The notes beneath the pieces are model-generated. The model was not told where the DNA came from. It searched no databases and was given only the letters and a program-made list of their open reading frames with translations. Shown here one piece after another: positions 1-10,299 of a stretch of 64,000 nt of DNA. The stretch lies in contig CAWCLO010000010.1 of the NCBI GenBank assembly GCA_963796455.1, positions 64,001 to 128,000 of the forward strand. The letters are read 5' to 3'. The number at the start of each line of letters is the position of its first letter. Within the stretch, counting starts at the first letter, position 1. Source of the DNA: Candidatus Sulfomarinibacteraceae bacterium. GTDB taxonomy: Bacteria > Acidobacteriota > Thermoanaerobaculia > Thermoanaerobaculales > Sulfomarinibacteraceae. The translations under genes and the position numbers were made by a program.

Positions 1-1039
1 TGAATCCGGTCGCGATCACCGTCACCTGAACGGCGTCACCCAGATCCGGATCAACCACGGCACCAAAGAGGATCTGAGCCTCCGGATCGGCACCTTCGGT
101 GATGATCTCGGCGGCCTCGTTGATCTCGTTGAGGGTCACTTCTTCGCCACCCGTGATGTTGATCAGCAGACCGCGCGCCCCTTCGATGGATGTTTCTTCG
201 AGCAACGGCGAGGCGATCGCCTGTTGCGCGGCCTCGACGGCGCGGTGTTCGCCAGTGGAGGAGCCGACGCCCATGATGGCGTGGCCCATGCCCTTCATCA
301 CCGTCCTCACATCGGCAAAGTCACGATTGATGAGCCCCGGCACCGTGATGATATCGGCGATCCCCTGGACTGCCTGACGGAGGACATCGTCGGCGATGCT
401 CATTGCCTGTGTGAAGTTCGTATTGCGTTCGACGAACTTCAGCAAGCGATCGTTTGGAATCGTTATCAGGGTATCGACGTGCTCGCCGAGCTGTGTGATT
501 CCCTCATCGGCGACGTTGCGGCGTCGCGAGCCCTCGAATGAGAAGGGCTTGGTCACGACGGCAACCGTCAGCGCGCCCACGTCCTGCGCCATCTGGGCGA
601 TGATCGGCGCCGCACCGGTCCCGGTACCGCCGCCCATTCCGCAGGAAATGAAGACCATGTCGGACCCGTCGAGGAGATCGAAGATCTTCTTGTCTGCCTC
701 GAGTGCCGAATTCCGGCCCACTTCCGGGTTGGCGCCCGCACCGAGGCCACGGGTCAATTCCATACCGAGCTGGAGCTTGACCGGGGCGCGGCAATTCGAC
801 AGTGCCTGGGCGTCCGTGTTGGCGGCGATGAACTCCACGCCCTGGAGCCCGGCTTCGATCATCCTGTTGACCGAATTGCAGCCCCCACCACCAACACCGA
901 TCACTTTGATTCGAGCCGGCGCCGGTGTCTCATCGAGGAGAATTCCCGGTTCCGGACCAACCAGATGCAGATCCCGGTTCTCCGGTTCACGTTCATTTTC
1001 AGTCGCTTCACCCGTCGTTCCGTCATCAAACTCAATCAT
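1..1039 (-). CDS. ftsZ: Cell division protein FtsZ (3' end outside window)
   Basis: Read manually, absent from ORF track. ATG at 1039, then [38 protein letters not shown]. Follows ftsA. Confidence 0.97.
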   Translation of the reverse strand, partial: MIEFDDGTTGEATENEREPENRDLHLVGPEPGILLDETPAPARIKVIGVGGGGCNSVNRMIEAGLQGVEFIAANTDAQALSNCRAPVKLQLGMELTRGLGAGANPEVGRNSALEADKKIFDLLDGSDMVFISCGMGGGTGTGAAPIIAQMAQDVGALTVAVVTKPFSFEGSRRRNVADEGITQLGEHVDTLITIPNDRLLKFVERNTNFTQAMSIADDVLRQAVQGIADIITVPGLINRDFADVRTVMKGMGHAIMGVGSSTGEHRAVEAAQQAIASPLLEETSIEGARGLLINITGGEEVTLNEINEAAEIITEGADPEAQILFGAVVDPDLGDAVQVTVIATGF

Positions 1040-2273
1040 GTCCACCTCCCAGTTCGAAAAAATCTCCGAGGGCATTCCGAAGCCATGCCACGAGGCTGCC
1101 CCGCGCTGCTCTCGCCGTCACCATCTGATTCCGCCGGTTGTGCTGCAGGCGAATCAACCCGCAGGCCACGGCCCATTCGGGACCGGATACCGGTTCCACA
1201 AGACCGGCCAACGCGCGTGGCGTTCCCGGTCGTACACGATGTCCAAAAATTGTTTCCGCCACCTCTTCGAGCCCCTCGAGTCGTGAAGCTCCTCCGGTCA
1301 GCACCACACCGGCCCTCGGCACCCGATCCAGGCCCTGGCCCACCAGCACCTTGTGGACACCGATGAAAAGATCACGCGCCCGTTCGTGCAGGATCTCGGC
1401 TGCGAAGGAAGCCATGTGAACCTGGTTGCCATCACCACCAAGGGCGGGGACCTCGACCGCGTCGGAATCGAGGCCCTCGCGATCGACGGCCGCGCCGACC
1501 TTGCGCTTGGTGCGTTCGGCGGCTGCGGTGGTGGTCTTGAGCACTGCGGCCAGATCGGCCGTGAAGTGACGCCCGGCCACCGGCACGGCTCCACTCGAAG
1601 CCACGACGCCATCGGCAAAGAGGACCCACTCAGTGGTGGCATAGCCGATATCGAGAACCAGGCACCCAAGCTCTTTTTCGTCCCGGGTCAAAACCGCCTC
1701 GGCTGCAGCCAGGGGCTCGTAGACCAATTGCCTGATGGCAATGGCTGCGTGGTTGACCGCCTGTTCGACGGTTTCGGCGTGAGTCCGGTTTGCATAAAGG
1801 ACATAGGCGGAAGCATCCAGCCGGGTCCCGGGCATTCCGACCGGATAGTCCATACCGGGTTGCCCGTCGAGGGCGAAACCGCATGGAATGATGTCGAGCA
1901 CCCGGAAATCTTCGGGAATCGAAACCTGAGCACATGCCGCGAGCGCGCGCTGGAGGTCGTCCGACGTGACCGTGTGATCGCGCCCGGTCACCGGAACCGA
2001 AGCCGTTGAAGGAACGCCCTGGATCGGGGTGCCGCCGATTCCGACCAGCGCGAGCTCCACCGGGATTTCCGCCATCGCCTCGGCCTCCTCAGAGGCCATC
2101 CGCACCGCCCGGGTTATTTCGTCAAGACTCGCGATCACGCCTTTGCGGGCACCGTCATGGCTCGCATAGCCGCAGCCGCGAACCACAAGCCGCTCGTCCT
2201 CCATCTCGCCGACGACCACCGAGACCGCGGAGGATCCCAGGTCGATACCGATGAGGGGTTGAATCTCGTTCAC
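1032..2273 (-). CDS. ftsA: Cell division protein FtsA
   Basis: [18 protein letters not shown] and [10 protein letters not shown] actin-like motifs. GTG at 2273 overlaps the ftsQ stop. Confidence 0.95.
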   Translation of the reverse strand: MNEIQPLIGIDLGSSAVSVVVGEMEDERLVVRGCGYASHDGARKGVIASLDEITRAVRMASEEAEAMAEIPVELALVGIGGTPIQGVPSTASVPVTGRDHTVTSDDLQRALAACAQVSIPEDFRVLDIIPCGFALDGQPGMDYPVGMPGTRLDASAYVLYANRTHAETVEQAVNHAAIAIRQLVYEPLAAAEAVLTRDEKELGCLVLDIGYATTEWVLFADGVVASSGAVPVAGRHFTADLAAVLKTTTAAAERTKRKVGAAVDREGLDSDAVEVPALGGDGNQVHMASFAAEILHERARDLFIGVHKVLVGQGLDRVPRAGVVLTGGASRLEGLEEVAETIFGHRVRPGTPRALAGLVEPVSGPEWAVACGLIRLQHNRRNQMVTARAARGSLVAWLRNALGDFFELGGGHD

Positions 2274-2980
2274 TGTCCGCCCCCGATGACCATACGATCC
2301 GCCCACCGCAAATCCGCCCATGCCTGGGGCACCCTGCCCCGCGTCAGCGCCGCGCACCAAGCGCTCTCGGCAAGACTCCCCCGCGGATGCACGTGGACGA
2401 CCTTTTCTTCTTCGGCCCCCGCCGGCAGCATTGTCACGCGGTAATCCGCCGGGGTGATTCGACGAATCGAAAGCACCCTCGCCTGGCTGGCCTCTTCCAT
2501 TCTTTGAGCAACGATCAACGCCCGGCGCCGATCTAGATCCCCGGCAAAAGCCTCCAGCACCGGCGGCACCGCGATATCGACGGTACCCGCCAGATCCCCG
2601 TCGCGGCCGACGCCGTGCCAACTTCGACCGACACGAACACTGCCTCGAACCGGTGCGGCCTCAGCCCGAACGACCAGGGTTCCGGGCAACTCCAATTCCA
2701 CCTGAACGTCGCCCACACCCGGCCACACCTCGACCCGGTCGCGAACCGCCTCGAGATCGAGGTCCAGGGTCGGTTGACCCACCAGTTCGTGTAGCGATCG
2801 CACCGTCGATGCGGGCAGTTTGGGGCAACCGTCGACCTGGACGTCGCTGATTCGCCATTGCGGCAGAGCCAGCAGCATGACCGGCACCACCGAAAGCATC
2901 ATCAAACCACGACGTGATCTGCGCCTCGTGGCCTGTGGCCGCAGCCGATCCGGTAGAAAGCGGGGAGTGTCGGTGCTCAT
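2270..2980 (-). CDS. ftsQ: FtsQ/DivIB family protein
   Basis: Basic N-terminus, one TM helix, POTRA-like segment and C-terminal ADLRW. Lies between murC and ftsA. Confidence 0.85.
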   Translation of the reverse strand: MSTDTPRFLPDRLRPQATRRRSRRGLMMLSVVPVMLLALPQWRISDVQVDGCPKLPASTVRSLHELVGQPTLDLDLEAVRDRVEVWPGVGDVQVELELPGTLVVRAEAAPVRGSVRVGRSWHGVGRDGDLAGTVDIAVPPVLEAFAGDLDRRRALIVAQRMEEASQARVLSIRRITPADYRVTMLPAGAEEEKVVHVHPRGSLAESAWCAALTRGRVPQAWADLRWADRMVIGGGQ

Positions 2981-4341
2981 GCTCCACCTTCCAGCCACGC
3001 CGTCGCCAGGCGATCGACATCGCCCGCGCCGACCGTCAACATCACATCGCCCCGTTGAAGAAGCTCTTCGAGCAACTGCGAGGCCTCGGCAACCGGGGGT
3101 CCCTCGGTGACATTCGGGTGGCCGAGCTCCGCGGCCAGATCGACGACCAGCCGCGAGCTGACGCCATCGATCGGCTGCTCCCGTGCCGGGTAGATCGGTA
3201 AAACAACCGCTACGTCCGCCGCCATCAGTGCCGACGCAAAATCGCCGGCGAAATCGCGAGTGCGGCTAAAGAGATGGGGTTGGAAGACCGCCACCATGCG
3301 CCGGTCGGGCATGGCCTGTCTCGCCGCCTCGAGCAGCGCACGGATCTCGGTCGGGTGATGAGCATAGTCGTCGACAACGGTCACTCCGTCACGTTCGCCC
3401 TTGACTTCGAATCTGCGGGCAACCCCATGAAAATCCGCGCAGGCTTCAGCAATGACGGAGAAGTCGATTTCGAGTTCCAGAGCCACCGCAATCGCGGCCA
3501 TGGCGTTGAGCGCGTTGAATCGTCCGGGCAGGGAGAGAAAGACCTCGCCGAGAGCCACCCCGTCCCGGATGACCTCGAAGCCGGTCCCACGGGAGTCGGT
3601 GTTTCTGATCTCCATCCGGAGATTCGCTTCGGAAGATGCGCCATAACCGATGACCTCACGACGAATCCTGTGACGGCAATCCCAGATGCCCGCGTTGTCC
3701 GCGCACAGAATCACCGTTCCGAAGGCTGATGTGTGGTTGGCAAAGGACACAAACGCCGCTTCGAGACCCGCCACGTCACCATAACAATCGAGATGCTCGG
3801 GCTCGAGATTCGTGATCACCGCCAGATCGGGGTTGAGCTCGAGGAACGATCGGTCGAATTCATCCGCCTCGCAGACGAACCAGCTGCCGGCGCCTACTTT
3901 GGCGTGAGAACCCATGAAATGGGCTCGGCCGCCGACAATGATCGTGGGATCGACACCGGCCGCAGTCAGAAGATGGCCGATGAGCGCAGTGGTCGTGGTT
4001 TTGCCATGGGTCCCGGCAACAGCAACGCCCCGCCTGCGGCGCATCAACTCGGCCAGAAGCTCGGCCCGACGCACGACCGGCAGACCGCGATCAACGGCAG
4101 CACGAAGCTCCGGTTCAGCCGCCGCAACCGCACCGGTCATGACGACGGCATCGGCATGCTCGATGTGGTCCGGATCGTGACCCAGGGAGATGTGGGCTCC
4201 AAGCCTCTGCAGTCTTTCGGTGCGTTCGCTGAAAGCCAGATCGCAGCCACTGACCACCGCTCCCTCGCTGATGAGGAGCTCGGCGAGCCCGCACATGCCG
4301 ACCCCACCGACGCCCATGAAGTGAAGGTGCCGGCCGTTCAC
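2977..4341 (-). CDS. murC: UDP-N-acetylmuramate--L-alanine ligase
   Basis: HFMGVGGVGM, AGTHGKTTTT, EADEFDRSF, DDYAHHPTE, FQPHLFSRT. Confidence 0.97.
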   Translation of the reverse strand: MNGRHLHFMGVGGVGMCGLAELLISEGAVVSGCDLAFSERTERLQRLGAHISLGHDPDHIEHADAVVMTGAVAAAEPELRAAVDRGLPVVRRAELLAELMRRRRGVAVAGTHGKTTTTALIGHLLTAAGVDPTIIVGGRAHFMGSHAKVGAGSWFVCEADEFDRSFLELNPDLAVITNLEPEHLDCYGDVAGLEAAFVSFANHTSAFGTVILCADNAGIWDCRHRIRREVIGYGASSEANLRMEIRNTDSRGTGFEVIRDGVALGEVFLSLPGRFNALNAMAAIAVALELEIDFSVIAEACADFHGVARRFEVKGERDGVTVVDDYAHHPTEIRALLEAARQAMPDRRMVAVFQPHLFSRTRDFAGDFASALMAADVAVVLPIYPAREQPIDGVSSRLVVDLAAELGHPNVTEGPPVAEASQLLEELLQRGDVMLTVGAGDVDRLATAWLEGGA

Positions 4342-5414
4342 ACCACACCCCCGATGGCGAGCAGGCGATCAGCGATCCTCGACGCCGCACCGGGCAAGGC
4401 CACGGCCCGCGCACACTCACCCATCCGCTGCAGCCTCGCCCCATCCCGCAGTAGCTCGCCAAGCACCGAGGCCACCCGTTGTGGTGCCGCCTCGGCTTCG
4501 GTCAGCACCAGGGCACCACCGGCCCGCTCCAGACTTCGCGCGTTGAAATCTTGATGGTTGCCCGCCGCAGCACCAAAGGGGACCAGCAAGGCGCCGCGAC
4601 CGGCCGCAGCCAACTCTGACACGGTCAGCGCGCCCGAACGCGCCACGACCAGATCGGCGTCGGCGAACTCCTGCCAGGGTTGCGCGAGAAATGCCGAGAC
4701 CGACGCTTCCAGCTTGAGGTCCTGGTATGCGGTCTGCACGACTTCGGACCAACGAACACCGGCCTGATGGCGAATTCGGATATCGAGACCCTGGTCCCTG
4801 AGGGAGGACAGAGCCCTGGGCAGAGTGCGATTGAGGAAAAGCGAGCCCTGGCTGCCGCCCAATATCAGGAGACGGGGTGGCTCGCCGATTTCGATATCCG
4901 AGACATCGAAAAAATCACTGCGAACAGGATTCCCGGTCCACTCCGCCGGCATTGATGGGAAAGACCTCACCGCGTCCTCGAAACCACAACAAATGAGGTC
5001 CGCAAATGGGGCCAAAAATTTATTGGTCCACCCGGGAATCGAATTCTGCTCCTGGAGAACGGTCGGCACGCCAAGCAGACCGGCCGCTCCGAGACCGGCG
5101 GTGGAGGCATAACCACCAACGCCCAAAACAACCAGCGGTTTGATCCGCAGCAGCGTGCGAACCGCCGTGATGATCGCAGGCGGCAACATCGCCATTGCGC
5201 GCGCCGCCGCCACCGGGCCGCGTGCGTGAGCGCCTTCGAGATCGACCAAGGTGATTGGAATTCCACGTTCCGCCACCAGCTCCGCCTCGAGACCACGGCG
5301 CGCTCCCAGCCAGTGCGCCTCGACCTCCCTGTTTTTGAGCTCGCGCGCCACCGCCAGACCGGGAAAAATGTGCCCGCCGGTGCCGCCGCCCGCGATGACG
5401 ACCCGCCGATTCAT
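4338..5414 (-). CDS. murG: Lipid II GlcNAc transferase MurG
   Basis: AGGGTGGHIFP, EQNSIPG, GNPVR, GGSQGS, RSGALTVSE. True start is inside the longer ORF-track call. Confidence 0.96.
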   Translation of the reverse strand: MNRRVVIAGGGTGGHIFPGLAVARELKNREVEAHWLGARRGLEAELVAERGIPITLVDLEGAHARGPVAAARAMAMLPPAIITAVRTLLRIKPLVVLGVGGYASTAGLGAAGLLGVPTVLQEQNSIPGWTNKFLAPFADLICCGFEDAVRSFPSMPAEWTGNPVRSDFFDVSDIEIGEPPRLLILGGSQGSLFLNRTLPRALSSLRDQGLDIRIRHQAGVRWSEVVQTAYQDLKLEASVSAFLAQPWQEFADADLVVARSGALTVSELAAAGRGALLVPFGAAAGNHQDFNARSLERAGGALVLTEAEAAPQRVASVLGELLRDGARLQRMGECARAVALPGAASRIADRLLAIGGVV

Positions 5415-6502
5415 GCCTGCACCTCGCGCGACAGGTTGAGGAGAATACCCACCGACATCAGCGTGATGACCATCTCGGTCTTTCCGTAACTCACCAGGGG
5501 CAGAGGAATGCCTTTTGGAGGCAACATGTCCAGGCAGACCATCATGTGGACCAGCCCCTGAACCGCAAAGGCGACGGTCAGACCGAAGGCGAGGAGCGCA
5601 CGACGTTTGTCCTCCAGACGGGCCGAGATCACAAAACCCCGCCAGGACACGATCGCGGTCAAGGCAATGAGGATCAGCAAACCAACCAGCCCGAGTTCCT
5701 CGCCGGTGATGGCGAAAATGAAATCGGTGTGTGGTTCGGGCAGAAAAAAGAGTTTTTGCAGTCCGGACCCATATCCGCGACCGAAGAAACCTCCGCTGCC
5801 GATGGCTACGAGGCTTTGGTGGCTCTGCCAACTGGCTGCCGCCGCCCCGTCCGCATCGAGGAATGCCCGGACCCGAGCCAACCGGTACGGCGATGCCATC
5901 ACCGCGATGACCAGAGCCATCGCACCGCACAGTGCAGGAGCAGCAAGCAGGCGCAGCGGAAGACCCGAGACAAAGGCCATCGAACCCAACACCACCAGCA
6001 GCAGCGCGGCCGAACCGAGGTCCGGTTGGGCGACGATCACCGCCGTCGTGGCAACGCTGACGGCGGCGATCACTGCCAGACGTTTCCGCGGCCACCCTTC
6101 TCGCCGAGCCTCTTCGAGCAGAATCGCGAGCAGCATGATGAGGGTCAGCCGCACCAGGACGGAAGGTTGTAGAGAGAGCCCTGCGACGCTGACCCAACGA
6201 TGGGTCGCTGCCACAGGCGCCTGGGCATACGCGGCGAGCATCAACAGCCACCCACCGGCGAGCCCGGCGATCACCAACCTCCGGTCGGTCAACAAGGAGC
6301 TGCGAAGATGCATGCAGATCACCAAGACCCCGAGCCCGATCATGGCGGTGGCCGCCTGCCAGGTGAAAAAGTAGGAACCCGGCCGACCGTATCGTTCGGT
6401 CGCGATCAACCACGAGGCCGAAGCGAGAATCGCGAGACCGATCGCCGTCAACATGATGGAGGCGCCGAGAAGCAAACGATCGAAACGCTGCTTTATGGGC
6501 AT
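5411..6502 (-). CDS. ftsW: SEDS peptidoglycan glycosyltransferase FtsW
   Basis: Polytopic membrane protein with QPDLGS, LFFLPEPHTDFIFA and GIPLPLVSYG. Position in dcw cluster. Confidence 0.93.
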   Translation of the reverse strand: MPIKQRFDRLLLGASIMLTAIGLAILASASWLIATERYGRPGSYFFTWQAATAMIGLGVLVICMHLRSSLLTDRRLVIAGLAGGWLLMLAAYAQAPVAATHRWVSVAGLSLQPSVLVRLTLIMLLAILLEEARREGWPRKRLAVIAAVSVATTAVIVAQPDLGSAALLLVVLGSMAFVSGLPLRLLAAPALCGAMALVIAVMASPYRLARVRAFLDADGAAAASWQSHQSLVAIGSGGFFGRGYGSGLQKLFFLPEPHTDFIFAITGEELGLVGLLILIALTAIVSWRGFVISARLEDKRRALLAFGLTVAFAVQGLVHMMVCLDMLPPKGIPLPLVSYGKTEMVITLMSVGILLNLSREVQA

Positions 6503-7833
6503 GAGGCCACCTCCCGCCGAGCCAGCTCGGCAAAGACGTCGCCCCGCTCGTCGTAACCGGAGAACTGATCGAAGGACGCGCAGCCCGGCGCCAACAAAAC
6601 CCACTGGCCGGATTCCGCGTGGGTCCTGGCACGCTCGACCGCCTCGGTGAGGGTGCCGCAGATTTCCAGCGGGGCAGAGCCTTCGAGAGCCTCTCCGATC
6701 ATCTGGCCATCCTCACCGATGAGGTAGATCCGTGACACCGCGCGTTGGATCTCGGTCGCCAACGGTGCGAAGTCCTGGCCCTTGGACAAACCCCCGAGGA
6801 TCAAATGAACGGAATCATCGCCGTATCCGCCCAGCGCCGCCAGAGTCGCACCAACGTTCGTGGCCTTGGAGTCGTCCACCCAGCGCACACCACCGCACTC
6901 GTGGACCGTTCGATGGCGATGAGCAAGACCATCGAAGCTCGTCAGAGCCTGAACAATCGCGTCCTTCGAGACGTCGAGGGCCGAGGCCGCGAGCGCGGCG
7001 GCCAAAGCGTTGGCCACATTGTGGAGCCCACTCAGCCGCATTTCGGACCTCGTGATAATGCGCTCGCCACCGACGACCAGATCGATCCCGGCGAGATAAG
7101 CGTCCGCAGGATGCGATATCGAGAAAGTGCGCTTGGGGGCCACCGTTGGAGTCGACGCCACAGCTTCGTCGTCAGCGTTGAGAACCGCAACATCGTGCAG
7201 CCCTTGAAAAGCAAAGACCTTGCGTTTCGCAGCGAGGTAGGTATCGAGGTCAGGGTGACGCTCGAGATGGTCCTGGCTGAGGTTGAGGAAGACTGCAACC
7301 CGGGGCTGCATTTCGGTGAGGAGCTCGGCCTGGAAACTCGAGATCTCGAGCACCCAGCTTTCCCACCCGCCCTCGTGAACCAATTGCGAGGCGGCGGTGC
7401 CGAGGTTTCCTCCGGCGACGGTCGCCCGGCCCGAGGCGTTCAACATCATCGCCACCAACTCGGTGACGGTGCTCTTGCCGTTCGACCCGGTCACCGCAAC
7501 CAACGGTGCGGCCGGTCGGTGACGCCAGGCAAACTCGACTTCCGTCATCACACGGATTCCACCGTCGCGCGCCGCTTCGAGCAGGGGCGCGTTGGCTGGG
7601 ACTCCGGGTGACACGATGACCAGCCCGACTCCCTCGAGACAGCCCTCGGGGTGCCCGTCGAAAAACAGGCGCTCCTCGCCGGAAAGCTTGGCGAGTTCGT
7701 CGCCGAACTCGGTTCTGGCCCGGAGGTCGGTGATCCAGACCTCAGAACCGTCGGTGATGGCGAGACGCGCCGCAGCGACGCCCGAACGACCGAGGCCGAC
7801 AATCAGAACACGGGATGAAGCCTGGTACGTCAT
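6493..7833 (-). CDS. murD: UDP-MurNAc-L-Ala--D-glutamate ligase
   Basis: GLGRSG, SPGVP, TGSNGKST, LEISSFQ, DDSKATN, CASFDQF. Confidence 0.97.
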   Translation of the reverse strand: MTYQASSRVLIVGLGRSGVAAARLAITDGSEVWITDLRARTEFGDELAKLSGEERLFFDGHPEGCLEGVGLVIVSPGVPANAPLLEAARDGGIRVMTEVEFAWRHRPAAPLVAVTGSNGKSTVTELVAMMLNASGRATVAGGNLGTAASQLVHEGGWESWVLEISSFQAELLTEMQPRVAVFLNLSQDHLERHPDLDTYLAAKRKVFAFQGLHDVAVLNADDEAVASTPTVAPKRTFSISHPADAYLAGIDLVVGGERIITRSEMRLSGLHNVANALAAALAASALDVSKDAIVQALTSFDGLAHRHRTVHECGGVRWVDDSKATNVGATLAALGGYGDDSVHLILGGLSKGQDFAPLATEIQRAVSRIYLIGEDGQMIGEALEGSAPLEICGTLTEAVERARTHAESGQWVLLAPGCASFDQFSGYDERGDVFAELARREVASCP

Positions 7834-7834
7834 G

Positions 7835-8920
7835 TCACCTCAGCTTCAGGGTCGACAGCCCGGCGAGGGCAAAGACGACGGCAATGATCCAAAAACGGAC
7901 CACGACCTGGGTCTCGGTCCATCCCAGCAATTCGAAGTGATGATGGAGCGGCGCCATCCGAAAGACCCGTTTCCCACGCAGTTTGAATGAGGCAACCTGG
8001 ATGATGACCGAAAGCTCCTCGAGCACGAACAAGCCACCGACGATCACCAGCAACAACTCCTGTTTGGCGACCACCGCCACGATGCCGATCCCGCCGCCGA
8101 GAGCGAGGGAGCCCACGTCACCCATGAAGACCTGAGCCGGGTGGCAGTTGAACCACAGGAACCCTACCGCGGCACCAACGATGGCGCCGGTGAAAATCGC
8201 CACCTCGCCGGCTCCAGAGACCGGCACGATGCGCAGGTACTCCGCGATCCGGACGTGGCCGGCCACATAGACAAAAAGCGTATAGGTCGCGGCGGCAATC
8301 GCGACCGTACCGACGGCGAGACCATCAAGACCATCCGTGAGATTGACGGCGTTCGAGGTCCCGATGAGGACCACCGCCACAAACGGCAGGTAGAAAATCC
8401 CCAGGGGCACGAGAACATCCTTGAGGAACGGCACGGCAAGGGCACCCGCGTGCGGCGCCGGCATCGCCGCGGCCTTGGCCATGAGACCGGCGGCGACGGA
8501 AACCAGAATCTGCAGAGCGAGCTTCTGGCGGACGGTGAGACCGAGGTTGCGCTGCCGGCGCACCTTGAGCAAATCGTCGGCGAGGCCTATCGCTCCAAAA
8601 CCCAACATCACCAGCAGAACCGTCCAGATGTATGGGTTTTCCAGGTCAGCCCACAACAGGGTCGTCAGCACGACGCTGGAGACGATGAGCAGGCCACCCA
8701 TGGTCGGCGTTCCGGCCTTGACCTGGTGGTGTTCCGGCCCTTCTTTACGGATTGCCTGCCGCACCTGAAGCTCACGCAACCGGCCGATCAGCCAAGGTCC
8801 CGCGATCAGGCTGATGAAGAACGCGGTCGCGATGGCCAGCCCCGTTCGGAAGGTCAGGTATCGGAAGACGTTGAACCCGATAAAGGTGTCGCTCAAGGGG
8901 AGGAGCAGCCAATACAGCAT
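7835..8920 (-). CDS. mraY: Phospho-N-acetylmuramoyl-pentapeptide transferase
   Basis: KAGTPTMGG, NAVNLTDGLDGLA, FMGDVGSL, MAPLHHHFE. Confidence 0.98.
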   Translation of the reverse strand: MLYWLLLPLSDTFIGFNVFRYLTFRTGLAIATAFFISLIAGPWLIGRLRELQVRQAIRKEGPEHHQVKAGTPTMGGLLIVSSVVLTTLLWADLENPYIWTVLLVMLGFGAIGLADDLLKVRRQRNLGLTVRQKLALQILVSVAAGLMAKAAAMPAPHAGALAVPFLKDVLVPLGIFYLPFVAVVLIGTSNAVNLTDGLDGLAVGTVAIAAATYTLFVYVAGHVRIAEYLRIVPVSGAGEVAIFTGAIVGAAVGFLWFNCHPAQVFMGDVGSLALGGGIGIVAVVAKQELLLVIVGGLFVLEELSVIIQVASFKLRGKRVFRMAPLHHHFELLGWTETQVVVRFWIIAVVFALAGLSTLKLR

Positions 8921-10299
8921 CAGGCAGCCTCCCCATTCGTCAAGGCCGCCACGGTTCGATCCAGACCGACCCCTCGCGAACCCTTGACCAGGATCACGTC
9001 CCCCGGGCTCAAAAGGCCGCGCAAGAATTCCACCGCCCGCTCCGCATCATCGACGAGGTGAGAGGTGGATTCCGCCAGCCCCGCTCGGCGGGCGCTGTCG
9101 ACGATCCGCCGCGCATGCTCTCCGCCGACCGCCACCAGCACGTCGCAAGCCGCTGCCGCTTCACACCCGACCTGTTGGTGGGCCGCGGCAGCCTGGTCGC
9201 CCAGTTCGTACATCTCGCCGAGCACGGCCACCCTCCGCCCCGGCGCACGGGAGAGGAGATCGAGCAATCGAGCTACGGCGACCGGCGAAGCATTGTAGGA
9301 ATCGTCCACCAGGGTGATCCGATCACCGAGTTCGAAGATCCTGCCGCGATGTTCCGGCGCCTGAAGCCGCGGTGCGATCGCAGCCACCTGGTCCGCCGTC
9401 ACATCCAAGGCCGACGCGGCGGTGGCCGCCGCCAGCAGATTCTCCGCCTGGTGACGACCGGCAATGGAAAGGTGAATCTCCGCTGAGCCATCGGGGAGGA
9501 CGAGGCGAAACCGGGAACCCAGAAGGCCGCGGTCCTCGAAGTCTTCGATCCAGGCATCGCGGTCAGCCGACCCGTAGAGCAGGACCGATGCCTCGGTCAT
9601 CGCCGGGAATTTCTCCTGGTTTGGATCGTCGGCGTTGATCACCAGGGTGCCATCGGAATCGAGCCACGGCAAGAGCTCCGCCTTGGCCCGGACGACGCCT
9701 TCGAGACCATCGAAGGACTCGATATGGGCAGGTGCGATACGGGTATAGAGCAGAACATCCGGGCGCAGGATTCCACCCAGGATATCGAGCTCTCCAGGGG
9801 TGCTCATCCCGGCCTCGGCGACAAATACCTCGATGTCCGGTTCTTGCGAAAGCACCTCGGCCGGCAGACCGAGGGTGTTGTTGCGGTTACCGGTCGAAGC
9901 TCCTGTCATCCGGTGCGATGCCAGTATTTCAGCCAGGAAGTCCTTGGTGGTGGTCTTGCCGACCGATCCGGTCACCGCGGCGACCCTCCACCCTTTGTTT
10001 CGGCGTTCAACACGTGCGAGCTCATGATAGGCCGCGAGTGGATCGTTGACGCGAATCAGTGCGCGGCCTTCCGGAGGCGAAACGAGCTCGACGTCGTCAC
10101 GGACCAAAGCAGCTCCCGCCACATCCATCGCGGCAGCCACGAACTCGTGACCATCTCGTCGTTCCCCGGGGAGCGCCACATAGAGGTCGCCGGTCTCCAA
10201 ACGCCGCGAATCGACCTCGACACCCGTCAGGGACACGGATTCACTGCCCTCGACCCGGCCGTCGATGACGCGAGCGATCTCGAGAGCCGTCATTTGCAC
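8920..10299 (-). CDS. murF: UDP-MurNAc-tripeptide--D-Ala-D-Ala ligase
   Basis: VTGSVGKTTTK, DDSYNASP, LGEMYELG, LVKGSRG. Confidence 0.96.
   Translation of the reverse strand: MQMTALEIARVIDGRVEGSESVSLTGVEVDSRRLETGDLYVALPGERRDGHEFVAAAMDVAGAALVRDDVELVSPPEGRALIRVNDPLAAYHELARVERRNKGWRVAAVTGSVGKTTTKDFLAEILASHRMTGASTGNRNNTLGLPAEVLSQEPDIEVFVAEAGMSTPGELDILGGILRPDVLLYTRIAPAHIESFDGLEGVVRAKAELLPWLDSDGTLVINADDPNQEKFPAMTEASVLLYGSADRDAWIEDFEDRGLLGSRFRLVLPDGSAEIHLSIAGRHQAENLLAAATAASALDVTADQVAAIAPRLQAPEHRGRIFELGDRITLVDDSYNASPVAVARLLDLLSRAPGRRVAVLGEMYELGDQAAAAHQQVGCEAAAACDVLVAVGGEHARRIVDSARRAGLAESTSHLVDDAERAVEFLRGLLSPGDVILVKGSRGVGLDRTVAALTNGEAA

Noticed and set aside
4338..6632. 764-aa MurG fusion and other long alternative-frame or antisense ORFs (e.g. 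10380-11996, 58446-60410)
   Set aside because: These are shadow ORFs of high-GC genes that overlap well-supported CDSs and carry no recognisable motifs.
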